Shown: piece after piece, positions 56,786 to 63,999 of the stretch | Layout of the letters: each line of letters opens with the position of its first letter | Position numbering within the stretch: position 1 is the first letter of the stretch | Sequence record: NC_070963.1 | Strand: one strand, 5' to 3' | Length of the DNA: 64,000 bases | Program-made: the position numbers and the translations under genes | The notes under the pieces: generated by a model | What the model was told of the DNA's origin: nothing | Database searches by the model: none | Seen by the model: only the letters and a program-made list of their open reading frames with translations

Positions 56786-57246
56786 AAATTCCAGAACCAG
56801 CAATTAAATTAATCAAAGAGTTTGAAGGATGTCATCTAAAAGCATATCCAGATCCTTTAACTGGAGGACTTCCAATTACAATCGGATGGGGAAGCACTCG
56901 GGATTTTGATTACACTCCTTTCAAAAGAGATCGAGTCATTACACAAGAGTATGCTGATCGTTTATTGGAGCATGATTTACTCAATCGTTTTCTTCCAAAA
57001 TTATCTAAGATTCCTTATTGGAGTGAGATGAATGATAATCAAAAATCCGCATTGCTTTCTTTCAGTTATAATCTTGGGTCTGATTTTTATGGTGCTCCTG
57101 GATTCAATACGATCTCCAGAAAGTTAAAAGAAAGAGACTGGAAGGGTATTCCTGCGACTTTAGAAATGTACCGTAATCCTGGAACAAAAGTAGAAGCAGG
57201 ACTACGTAGAAGAAGAATTGCAGAAGGAAAACTATGGATGACTTAA
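56782..57246 (+). CDS. Phage lysozyme (GH24 endolysin)
   Basis: LIKEFEGCHLKAYPD...TIGWGST, ALLSFSYNLG, GLRRRRIAE. Confidence 0.9.
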   Translation: MKIPEPAIKLIKEFEGCHLKAYPDPLTGGLPITIGWGSTRDFDYTPFKRDRVITQEYADRLLEHDLLNRFLPKLSKIPYWSEMNDNQKSALLSFSYNLGSDFYGAPGFNTISRKLKERDWKGIPATLEMYRNPGTKVEAGLRRRRIAEGKLWMT

Positions 57247-57482
57247 TCTTCTACTTTAGTTCTTAATGCAATTACCGTAGTTAATATTGTTAAAAGTGTT
57301 TCATATCCTCTTCTTTCAGATTCTTTGCAATCTAAAGGAGGAGGATTTTTTAATCCACCTAGAACATTTGCACTGATAATTGATCCAGGAATCATAAAAT
57401 TACAAGCAATAAAATTAACACCAACAAATCCAACTGCAGAAAAACAAACTATAAAAATTAGTTTGGTGAGATTGAGTTTCAT
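57243..57482 (-). CDS. Small membrane protein
   Basis: Two hydrophobic stretches; convergent with the lysozyme gene. Confidence 0.55.
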   Translation of the reverse strand: MKLNLTKLIFIVCFSAVGFVGVNFIACNFMIPGSIISANVLGGLKNPPPLDCKESERRGYETLLTILTTVIALRTKVED

Positions 57483-57670
57483 TTTCCTTCTTGCTGATGT
57501 ATCCAGGTTTTTAATTCACTCACGTATTTTCTTAATATCTCTGCTTTTTCTAGATGCCACAAATTACCACTTTTGAAATACTCATAAGTGTGATTGTCAA
57601 TTGCTTTTAGAATTTGATGGATGGGTGCATTCCAAGGTTTTCTTTCATCAGTATTCCACTCTCGTGGCAT
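57479..57670 (-). CDS. Small hypothetical protein
   Basis: ORF track; ATGA-type overlap with downstream minus ORF. Confidence 0.55.
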   Translation of the reverse strand: MPREWNTDERKPWNAPIHQILKAIDNHTYEYFKSGNLWHLEKAEILRKYVSELKTWIHQQEGK

Positions 57671-57676
57671 AATACC

Positions 57677-57781
57677 TCACTTTTTCTTGCCACCATTTTT
57701 TGCTTTTTTCGCAGTTGCATTACCTTGGTTTTGTTTGGATCCGTTTGACCCTTTCTTACCTTTATTTGCTGATTTTGCCAT
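57677..57781 (-). CDS. 34-aa K/G-rich basic peptide
   Basis: Manual translation MAKSANKGKKGSNGSKQNQGNATAKKAKNGGKKK; CTAAATA on minus strand at 57803-57809. Confidence 0.5.
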   Translation of the reverse strand: MAKSANKGKKGSNGSKQNQGNATAKKAKNGGKKK

Positions 57782-57835
57782 TGGTGCATCGGCATAACAT
57801 ATTATTTAGGTGTACCACTTTATAATCTGTAACAC

Positions 57836-57864
57836 TTGACAACAAATAAATATTCACTTATTAT
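57836..57864 (+). promoter_or_regulatory. Sigma70-type promoter (TTGACA-N17-TATTAT)
   Basis: Hexamers with 17-nt spacer. Confidence 0.6.
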
Positions 57865-57930
57865 GTAAAATCCCATATGGGGTCCCTGTTATGAGCAGGG
57901 TTTTTTTACAATGAGTCTTTGACGTGACAA

Positions 57931-58000
57931 TTAGAGCCGTGGGTACTGCCCCTTGAGAAAGGGGAACTTCTCCTTTACCTATACGGATGTAGAGTTCAAT
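57931..58000 (+). ncRNA. Structured RNA candidate in leader of the lysozyme-like gene (resembles the abiF RNA motif as recalled)
   Basis: CCGTG/GGTA pairs with TACC/TACGG, enclosing CCCCTT-GAGA-AAGGGG hairpin. Confidence 0.45.
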
Positions 58001-58008
58001 TAATTTAA

Positions 58009-58650
58009 ATGCAAAACATCTTTACAGTAACCCTGCCTCTTCTGGCAACGGTTACAACCACAACGGCATCACTGCCTTCAGTGTTTCCTCCTCCACCTGT
58101 GAGTGGTCCTCCACCGTTTTCAATAGTTCAAGAGGAGCCTACATCAAAGACAGCAATCCGCAAGGTTGCTCCCGAAAAACCTAAAGAGACGAGGTTAATT
58201 TGTAAAGGGTGTAATGAACATGAGAATGCTACTCTGGCATACTTCCAGGAACGTGGTATTAAAGACAGAAACGCCCTTGCTACCATTATGGGCAATATTC
58301 GTCAGGAATCAACTTTTATTCCTAACATTTGTGAAGGTGGTAGCAGAACTGGATACCATAACTGCAATGGCGGTTTTGGAATTATCCAATGGACATCTGC
58401 CAACAGGTATTATGGATTGGGTGATTTTGCTAGGAAGTTTGGTGGGTCACCATCATCACTTCACACGCAACTTCGTTATCTGACCAATGAGGTTCAATGG
58501 CAAGAGATTGAGGAGAAGATGAAAACTCCTGGCAAATCAATCAATCGCTATATGGACTATGCGTACAGTTGGATTGGGTGGGGGCATCACGGTGCTCGTA
58601 CCTCATATGCACGTGACTATGCTTCCCGTCTGATCAAGGTAGAAGTTTGA
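58009..58650 (+). CDS. Phage-tail-lysozyme-like (Phage_lysozyme2) cell-wall hydrolase with N-terminal signal/Pro-rich linker
   Basis: ALATIMGNIRQES, GFGIIQWT, QLRYL motifs. Confidence 0.75.
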   Translation: MQNIFTVTLPLLATVTTTTASLPSVFPPPPVSGPPPFSIVQEEPTSKTAIRKVAPEKPKETRLICKGCNEHENATLAYFQERGIKDRNALATIMGNIRQESTFIPNICEGGSRTGYHNCNGGFGIIQWTSANRYYGLGDFARKFGGSPSSLHTQLRYLTNEVQWQEIEEKMKTPGKSINRYMDYAYSWIGWGHHGARTSYARDYASRLIKVEV

Positions 58651-58665
58651 CACAATAGAATAAAT

Positions 58666-58686
58666 AGGGGAGAGTTTTCTCCCCTT
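58666..58686 (+). terminator. Hairpin terminator
   Basis: AGGGGAGA-GTTT-TCTCCCCT. Confidence 0.65.
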
Positions 58687-58688
58687 CT

Positions 58689-59201
58689 ATGAAAAAAGCA
58701 ATTTTAGAGTTAGGTGGAAATATAAATCGTTTGGATACTGTATTAGAATTGGTAAAACAATATCCAGATGCTTTGATTATTATTTCATCGGAAGGTGATC
58801 CAAAAGGATGCCTTGCAAAACTTAAAGCCGCAGGTATTTCCAAAGATCGTTTCATTCTTGACTATCAGGCGTGGGATACGGTTACGAATTTTACGACAAC
58901 TCTTCCTATTATTCGTGATCAAGAAATTGCTGATTTGTATGTTGTGACTGATTTATTTCATATTCCAAGAGCACAGGCAATTTGTGAGTCTGTATATCTT
59001 TTTAGAGGTGTTGTGAAGCATTATGTTGCTCACGGAACCGATGATCATAAGGAAACAATTTGGTATGATACTTTCCGTGCTCTTCTTTGGAGGTTTACTG
59101 GATATCTTTTGTATGATAAATCAGTAAAAGACCAAAGAATGCCTGGTATTGAAGCAGACGCAAAGTTAGCGGAAGAACTTCTTAAATCTTATGAAGTTTG
59201 A
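58689..59201 (+). CDS. DUF218 / YdcF-ElyC-like protein
   Basis: LGGNINR, ISSEG, AWDTVTNF, VVTDLFHIPRA. Confidence 0.75.
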   Translation: MKKAILELGGNINRLDTVLELVKQYPDALIIISSEGDPKGCLAKLKAAGISKDRFILDYQAWDTVTNFTTTLPIIRDQEIADLYVVTDLFHIPRAQAICESVYLFRGVVKHYVAHGTDDHKETIWYDTFRALLWRFTGYLLYDKSVKDQRMPGIEADAKLAEELLKSYEV

Positions 59202-59604
59202 TTTTCAGTTTGGTAAAAAGAAACTAACAATAAAACAATATGTAATTGTAGGAATTGTATTATCTTCTATAATTGCAGCACTTTCACAATGTACAGGAGT
59301 ATCGCAAAATGGACTTTGGGACTTATTGGATGAGATTCAAAGAAAGTATTTCCCACAAACTATCATTAATGAGTTTATACTTAAAGATCCTGAAAAATTA
59401 AAACGTAGAATTGTTAGAGATGTAGATAAGGCAATTCGTGATGTAACTTCAGAATATGATCGCATTATTCAAAAGGCAGATCAAAAATATCAACCAAAGT
59501 ATCTTGAAGAACCAAACGATGATACTTTATGCTATACTGATGAATGTAAATCACTTGCTCCACCAATGAGAAAATGTGCTTCTTGGGTGGAAGATTGTAA
59601 TTAA
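59191..59604 (+). CDS. Hypothetical membrane-anchored protein
   Basis: N-terminal hydrophobic YVIVGIVLSSIIAAL; Cys-rich C-terminus. Confidence 0.55.
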   Translation: MKFDFQFGKKKLTIKQYVIVGIVLSSIIAALSQCTGVSQNGLWDLLDEIQRKYFPQTIINEFILKDPEKLKRRIVRDVDKAIRDVTSEYDRIIQKADQKYQPKYLEEPNDDTLCYTDECKSLAPPMRKCASWVEDCN

Positions 59605-59642
59605 ACGACTATATAAACATATCTTATTTTTTGGAGATTATT

Positions 59643-59831
59643 ATGTCTGTATCACAAGAACTACTGAATGCTGTTGAGGCGTGGAAAGTAGAAGATGAAA
59701 AGTTTGCTGCTGGGAATAATGCAGCAGGAACCCGTGCTCGTAAGGCACTGCAAGAAATTGCAAAACTGGTCAAGACTCGTAGGTCTGAAATTACTGAAGA
59801 AAAGAATGCTCGTAAGGAGGCAACCAAGTGA
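59643..59831 (+). CDS. Histone H1-like Hc1-family small protein
   Basis: GNNAAGTRARKALQEI motif; SD GGAG upstream of ATG 59643. Confidence 0.65.
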   Translation: MSVSQELLNAVEAWKVEDEKFAAGNNAAGTRARKALQEIAKLVKTRRSEITEEKNARKEATK

Positions 59832-60007
59832 CGGAACAACAAGAACATCTTAAAAATCTTCTAGAGCAAAGAAATAATCTAGAGCAACAAATGAATCAAA
59901 ATAGAGAACTTTTTTGGAAAGTTCAAGGTGCTATTGAATACTTGACTCAAATCGGAGTCAGTCTTCCACAACCAGAAGCAGTAACTGAAGTTACAGAAGA
60001 GGCTTGA
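59828..60007 (+). CDS. Small coiled-coil protein (59 aa, GTG start)
   Basis: Manual translation; GTGA overlap with upstream stop. Confidence 0.55.
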   Translation: MTEQQEHLKNLLEQRNNLEQQMNQNRELFWKVQGAIEYLTQIGVSLPQPEAVTEVTEEA

Positions 60008-60032
60008 CGGGTTGCGTGAAAGGTTCTATAAT
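60004..60032 (+). promoter_or_regulatory. Sigma70-type promoter for tRNA cluster (TTGACG-N17-TATAAT)
   Basis: Near-consensus, 17-nt spacer. Confidence 0.8.
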
Positions 60033-60118
60033 AGTCTCATAGGCAGCGGAGGTCCAAACTTCGTTTAAGTCCTGCCCCTCCTATGCCTCTCAACGATGCA
60101 CAAACCAGGAGGTCTCTT

Positions 60119-60192
60119 GTCTTGGTAGCTCAGATGGATAGAGCCACTCACTTCTAATGAGTTGGTCGGGGGTTCGAGTCCCTCCCAAGACG
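60119..60192 (+). tRNA. tRNA-Arg(TCT)
   Basis: GTCTTGG/CCAAGAC; ACTCA-CTTCTAA-TGAGT. Confidence 0.93.
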
Positions 60193-60277
60193 CTTGGAGT
60201 ATATGCTCCATATATAAAGAGATAGAGGGTAAGTCACTGTTATATCCTTATGAGATATATTACACTTACTCCATCAT

Positions 60278-60350
60278 TGGGGTGTAGCTCAGCGGTAGTA
60301 GCGGGATGCTGTTAACATCTAGGTCGCAGGTTCGATCCCTGCCGCCCCAG
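60278..60350 (+). tRNA. tRNA-Asn(GTT)
   Basis: TGGGGTG/CGCCCCA; GGATG-CTGTTAA-CATCT. Confidence 0.9.
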
Positions 60351-60556
60351 TTAGAAGGTCTGGAAATGTCTGGGTCTTCTAAATTGAAAACGCTGGACAA
60401 ACTTCGGAGGTAAATACTCTAGAGTCTCCCAACCCATTTGGTGCGTTCCTGAAGACAGGAAGAATAAGGTTTAGTGTTTTCTCTTATTCACTGCCCTCTA
60501 ATGCAGTGAAACTTGCAGGAAGTGTCTCCTGCGGGTGACGGGCACTCGTCACCCAT
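60351..60556 (+). ncRNA. Multi-hairpin structured RNA between tRNAs (manA-motif candidate)
   Basis: Six stems read by eye, with loop-loop complementarity AGTGTC/GGCACT; no ORF. Confidence 0.55.
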
Positions 60557-60558
60557 TT

Positions 60559-60631
60559 GCCCTTGTAGCTCAGCTGGTAGAGCGCGGCTTTTGTAAAGCC
60601 GATGTCGCAAGTTCAAGTCTTGTCGGGGGCT
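60559..60631 (+). tRNA. tRNA-Thr(TGT)
   Basis: GCCCTTG/CGGGGGC; CGGCT-TTTGTAA-AGCCG. Confidence 0.92.
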
Positions 60632-60659
60632 TGACATAATACTCATTATGTCTTATAAT
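60631..60659 (+). promoter_or_regulatory. Sigma70-type promoter (TTGACA-N17-TATAAT)
   Basis: Perfect consensus upstream of tRNA-Gly. Confidence 0.85.
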
Positions 60660-60708
60660 CTTTCTGTCCGTGTGAAAGGAAGTGCTGGGAGAGAAATCTC
60701 CCACTCTT

Positions 60709-60780
60709 GCGGAGTTAATTCAGTGGTAGAATGGCTGCCTTCCAAGCAGTTCGTCGTCGGTTCGAATCCGATACTCCGCT
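60709..60780 (+). tRNA. tRNA-Gly(TCC)
   Basis: GCGGAGT/ACTCCGC; GCTGC-CTTCCAA-GCAGT. Confidence 0.92.
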
Positions 60781-60806
60781 TATAAGAGAGAAAAAACCGT
60801 AAAGGC

Positions 60807-60835
60807 TTGACTGATCCCAAAGAAAATGTTAAGAT
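60807..60835 (+). promoter_or_regulatory. Sigma70-type promoter for porin (TTGACT-N17-TGnTAAGAT)
   Basis: Hexamers, 17-nt spacer, extended -10. Confidence 0.65.
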
Positions 60836-60912
60836 AAATACCGTGAAGTGACCGTGCCGCAACTATTTGCACGGTTCCTCATTATGTCGTTTAGTACTAA
60901 AAAACAAACTTT

Positions 60913-62391
60913 ATGAAACTCAATCAACTGATGCTTGCACCCGTTGCTCTGGGTATGGTTGCTCCTGTTGCTGCGAATGCCGCAGAACTGAACATTGCAG
61001 CAGTCAATCAATACTCTGAGAGTCAGGTTACCAGCATTAATCAATTCTCTGATGTTCGTCCTACAGATTGGGCGTATCAGGCACTCAGCAACCTTGTAGA
61101 TCGTTATGGTTGTGTTGCTGGTTATCCTAACGGAACTTTTGGTGGTGGTCGTGCAATGACTCGTTTTGAGGCAGCAGCACTTCTGAATGCTTGTCTGGAT
61201 CGTGTCTCCGAAACTACCGACGAACTTCGTCGTCTTCTTGCTGAATTCCAGGGAGAACTTGCTATTCTTCGTGGTCGTGTTGATGGTCTGGAAACCAAAG
61301 TTGGCATTCTGGAAGCACAACAATTCTCAACTACAACCAAACTGCGTGGTGAAGCAAACTTCATTCTGGGTGGTGTCAATGGTGCTCAACTGACCAATGG
61401 CACTCAAGTTGGAAACACTGCTTTCAACTATGACCTCCGTCTGAACTTTGATACTTCATTCACTGGCAAAGACCTGCTTCGCACTCGTCTGCGTAGTGGT
61501 AACTTCAGTGCTCAACCTTTTGGTTCTTCTGGGTCTCTGTTCAAACTGGACAAAGCAGAAACCACTGCTGACGGTGTAATTATTGACCGTTTGTATTACA
61601 GTTTCCCTGCGATTACAAAGGGTATGACTTTGACTGCAGGTGCTCTGGTTCGTAACACTGAAATGGCGTGGATTCCTAGCGCATATAAGTCAGAGATTCT
61701 TGACTTTTTCCAAGTTGCAGGTGCTCCTGGTGTTTATAACAAGGCAACTGGTCAAGGTTTTGGTGTTCAGTATGTTCAACCTGGTAAGAAAGGTGGAATC
61801 GTTGCTGGCATCAACTATGTTGCTCAAGACGGTGATAACAGTTCAACTGGTGTATTCAACTCCACTGGTGGTCTGAATACTCTGGCACAACTTGGTTATC
61901 GTGCTCCTAACTGGGGTGTTGCTTTCGGTTATCGTTACGGCACTCAAGGAACTCGTATTCGCACCTTTAATGGTCTGAATGGTGCTAATGGAACTCTTGC
62001 CGCAAATCAAGGTTCTAACGGTTATGCTATTAACGCATACTGGCAACCTCTTCAGTCTGGTTGGATTCCTTCTGTTTCTGCTGCTTATAGTTGGAACTAT
62101 GTTGCTGGTCCTTCGACTCCTAACAATGCAACCAATTCACAGACTTGGTTTGCAGGTCTTCAGTGGAGCGATGTATTTGCAAAGGGTAATGGTGCTGGTT
62201 TTGCTATCGGTCAACCTGGTAATGCCCAAGGACTCCCTGCAAATGCAACGATGTGGGAAGTATTCTATAAGTATCGTGTGAGCGATAATATCAGCATTAC
62301 TCCTGCTCTGTTCTATGTTTCTAACAACCAAGCATTCTCTGGTGCTTCCAGCAATGTTGGTGGTGTGATTCAGACCAAGTTCACGTTCTGA
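60913..62391 (+). CDS. Cyanobacterial-type outer-membrane porin (SLH domain plus beta-barrel; Som/iron-uptake porin family)
   Basis: Signal peptide; FSDVRPTDWAYQALSNLVDRYGCVAGYP SLH; QFSTTTKLRGE; C-terminal TKFTF. Confidence 0.92.
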   Translation: MKLNQLMLAPVALGMVAPVAANAAELNIAAVNQYSESQVTSINQFSDVRPTDWAYQALSNLVDRYGCVAGYPNGTFGGGRAMTRFEAAALLNACLDRVSETTDELRRLLAEFQGELAILRGRVDGLETKVGILEAQQFSTTTKLRGEANFILGGVNGAQLTNGTQVGNTAFNYDLRLNFDTSFTGKDLLRTRLRSGNFSAQPFGSSGSLFKLDKAETTADGVIIDRLYYSFPAITKGMTLTAGALVRNTEMAWIPSAYKSEILDFFQVAGAPGVYNKATGQGFGVQYVQPGKKGGIVAGINYVAQDGDNSSTGVFNSTGGLNTLAQLGYRAPNWGVAFGYRYGTQGTRIRTFNGLNGANGTLAANQGSNGYAINAYWQPLQSGWIPSVSAAYSWNYVAGPSTPNNATNSQTWFAGLQWSDVFAKGNGAGFAIGQPGNAQGLPANATMWEVFYKYRVSDNISITPALFYVSNNQAFSGASSNVGGVIQTKFTF

Positions 62392-62420
62392 TATCCTGAT
62401 ACGTAAAGTAATTGGGGGGG

Positions 62421-62449
62421 TTGACACTGACTCCCCTTTTTACTATAAT
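62421..62449 (+). promoter_or_regulatory. Sigma70-type promoter (TTGACA-N17-TATAAT) inside porin terminator hairpin
   Basis: GGGGGGG-TTGACACTGA-CTCCCC-TTTTT overlapping a perfect promoter. Confidence 0.85.
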
Positions 62450-62470
62450 ACGTATTGAGTTAGGAGGTTT

Positions 62471-62623
62471 ATGTCTCTAATTTCCCAACGTGACAGGCAA
62501 CTTGTTATTGATGCTCTTGAATCTTATTTGCAAGAACCAGAGTTAATGACTAATTATTCTACATCTGAAGTTTATGCTCTGATCAATTGGATTAAACTGG
62601 AACATTATAAGAATGAAAATTAA
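62471..62623 (+). CDS. Small hypothetical protein (50 aa)
   Basis: Manual translation; SD AGGAGG. Confidence 0.65.
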   Translation: MSLISQRDRQLVIDALESYLQEPELMTNYSTSEVYALINWIKLEHYKNEN

Positions 62624-62774
62624 TCTTTGGCAATGTAAAGAAATGAATCAATGGAGATGGACTCTCTGTGAAGATTCTAGACCAATTGTTAAAATGGAAT
62701 CGGGTCAAAGAGAAAATCTTCGTGATGCGATGAATGACATTGCAAATACTGTAGAATATCTTATAAGTCGATAA
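62613..62774 (+). CDS. Small hypothetical protein (53 aa)
   Basis: Manual translation MKINLWQCKEMNQWRWTLCEDSRPIVKMESGQRENLRDAMNDIANTVEYLISR. Confidence 0.55.
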   Translation: MKINLWQCKEMNQWRWTLCEDSRPIVKMESGQRENLRDAMNDIANTVEYLISR

Positions 62775-62785
62775 CGACTTTTTAT

Positions 62786-62857
62786 GGGCGGTTGGCACAG
62801 TGGTAGCGCGTTTCGTTTACACCGAAAGGGACGGGGGTTCGAATCCCTCACCGCCCA
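62786..62857 (+). tRNA. tRNA-Val(TAC)
   Basis: GGGCGGT/ACCGCCC; TTTCG-TTTACAC-CGAAA. Confidence 0.92.
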
Positions 62858-62860
62858 CTT

Positions 62861-62868
62861 TATAAATA
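62861..62868 (+). promoter_or_regulatory. T4-type late promoter TATAAATA
   Basis: Exact consensus upstream of dps. Confidence 0.75.
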
Positions 62869-62888
62869 CTTGAAAAAAGTATGGTATA

Positions 62889-63323
62889 ATGGAAAAGTTA
62901 TACAAGATTTTATCGGATACTCAAGCAAGTCTTTTTGTATTATTTCAAAAAACTTGGGTATATCATTGGCATATTACTGGTCCTGATTTTTATCAAATCC
63001 ATACTCTTTTTGGAGAGCAGTATAATGCACTTTTTGAAGAAGTAGATAGAATTTCTGAACACATTAGATTTCTTGGTGCAAAACCAATTAGTTCTCTTTC
63101 AAGAGTTGCTGAAGTATCAAGAGTATCAGAAGCAAAAAGTGGTCTTTCTGAAATGGCAATGATTAAAGATCTTCTAGAAGATCATAAAAAAGTCATTGAA
63201 ATGTTTGGGGAAGCGGCAAAGATTTCTGAAGAACTTAATTCGAGAGGCACGACAAATCTACTTGATGATCTCAACGAAGCACACGGTAAGTTTGTTTGGT
63301 TCTTAAGATCATTTACTGAATAA
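62889..63323 (+). CDS. dps: Dps/ferritin-like DNA-protection protein
   Basis: YHWHITGPDFYQIHTLFGEQY...EEVDRISEHIRFLG, HGKFVWFL. Confidence 0.92.
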   Translation: MEKLYKILSDTQASLFVLFQKTWVYHWHITGPDFYQIHTLFGEQYNALFEEVDRISEHIRFLGAKPISSLSRVAEVSRVSEAKSGLSEMAMIKDLLEDHKKVIEMFGEAAKISEELNSRGTTNLLDDLNEAHGKFVWFLRSFTE

Positions 63324-63341
63324 GAATTACCTTATAATACA

Positions 63342-63599
63342 ATGGAAAACATTAAAATTAGATGCCGCTCCTGTGGTAAGGAGTTAGAAGGCATTTCTGG
63401 AAAATCAGTGTCTTGTGGTTGTCCAAATATGGCAACGATTCGTAATGGAGTTATATCAGCATTTGACTTGGGTCAAGTGGTGATGCTTAATTCTTATGGA
63501 AATCAAAAAAAATCTGGTGTTCTGTCAAATGAAGATCTTGCCTTTCAAGAAGAAAGGCGTCAGCGTAAAGTAAGAAGACTTGATTTTGAAGTCAGATAG
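63342..63599 (+). CDS. Small zinc-finger protein
   Basis: CRSC ... CGCPN. Confidence 0.6.
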   Translation: MENIKIRCRSCGKELEGISGKSVSCGCPNMATIRNGVISAFDLGQVVMLNSYGNQKKSGVLSNEDLAFQEERRQRKVRRLDFEVR

Positions 63600-63999
63600 G
63601 TTGTAAGACGCAGTTTTCATCATAACGAGCATATTGAAATCCATCATCTTGTAGTTCTCCAAAACCAAATTTGCGAGCAACTAAAGACCTTTGATGCTTT
63701 CCAAGAACCAATGAGGATTCTGTAAAACCTTCATTGATTTTTGGTCCATAGGGTTTTGCTGCTAAAATATCCCCAGGTCTTGGAGTTAAGTTAACCATAC
63801 CTTTTTCAAGATTTTTATAGGTGTATTTCATGAAGTGGTAAAAGATTTGCTTTCTTTCTTCGAGAGAAAATTCATCTGGTTGTTTGGTATATTTAACTTC
63901 CCAACCAACTTCGGCAAGTCGTGTCTTTTCATTAAAATGAATATTTTCAGCAAGTGTTGAAATACGTTCTTTTAACGATGGTGACTTGTAATGGTCTAA
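63592..63999 (-). CDS. Hypothetical protein, 5'-truncated by window end
   Basis: Frame is open from 63999 (LDHYKSPSLKER...) through the tracked MKYTYK ORF. Confidence 0.55.
   Translation of the reverse strand, partial: LDHYKSPSLKERISTLAENIHFNEKTRLAEVGWEVKYTKQPDEFSLEERKQIFYHFMKYTYKNLEKGMVNLTPRPGDILAAKPYGPKINEGFTESSLVLGKHQRSLVARKFGFGELQDDGFQYARYDENCVLQPI

Noticed and set aside
33097-57989. Shared 10-mer TATACGGATG in the hsp20 leader and the lysozyme-like gene leader
   Set aside because: It sits in different structural contexts in the two leaders, and one 10-mer match in 64 kb can be chance
59191-59604. Spanin interpretation of the membrane-anchored ORF
   Set aside because: Lipobox is poor (ALSQC) and no overlapping partner gene was found; left as hypothetical
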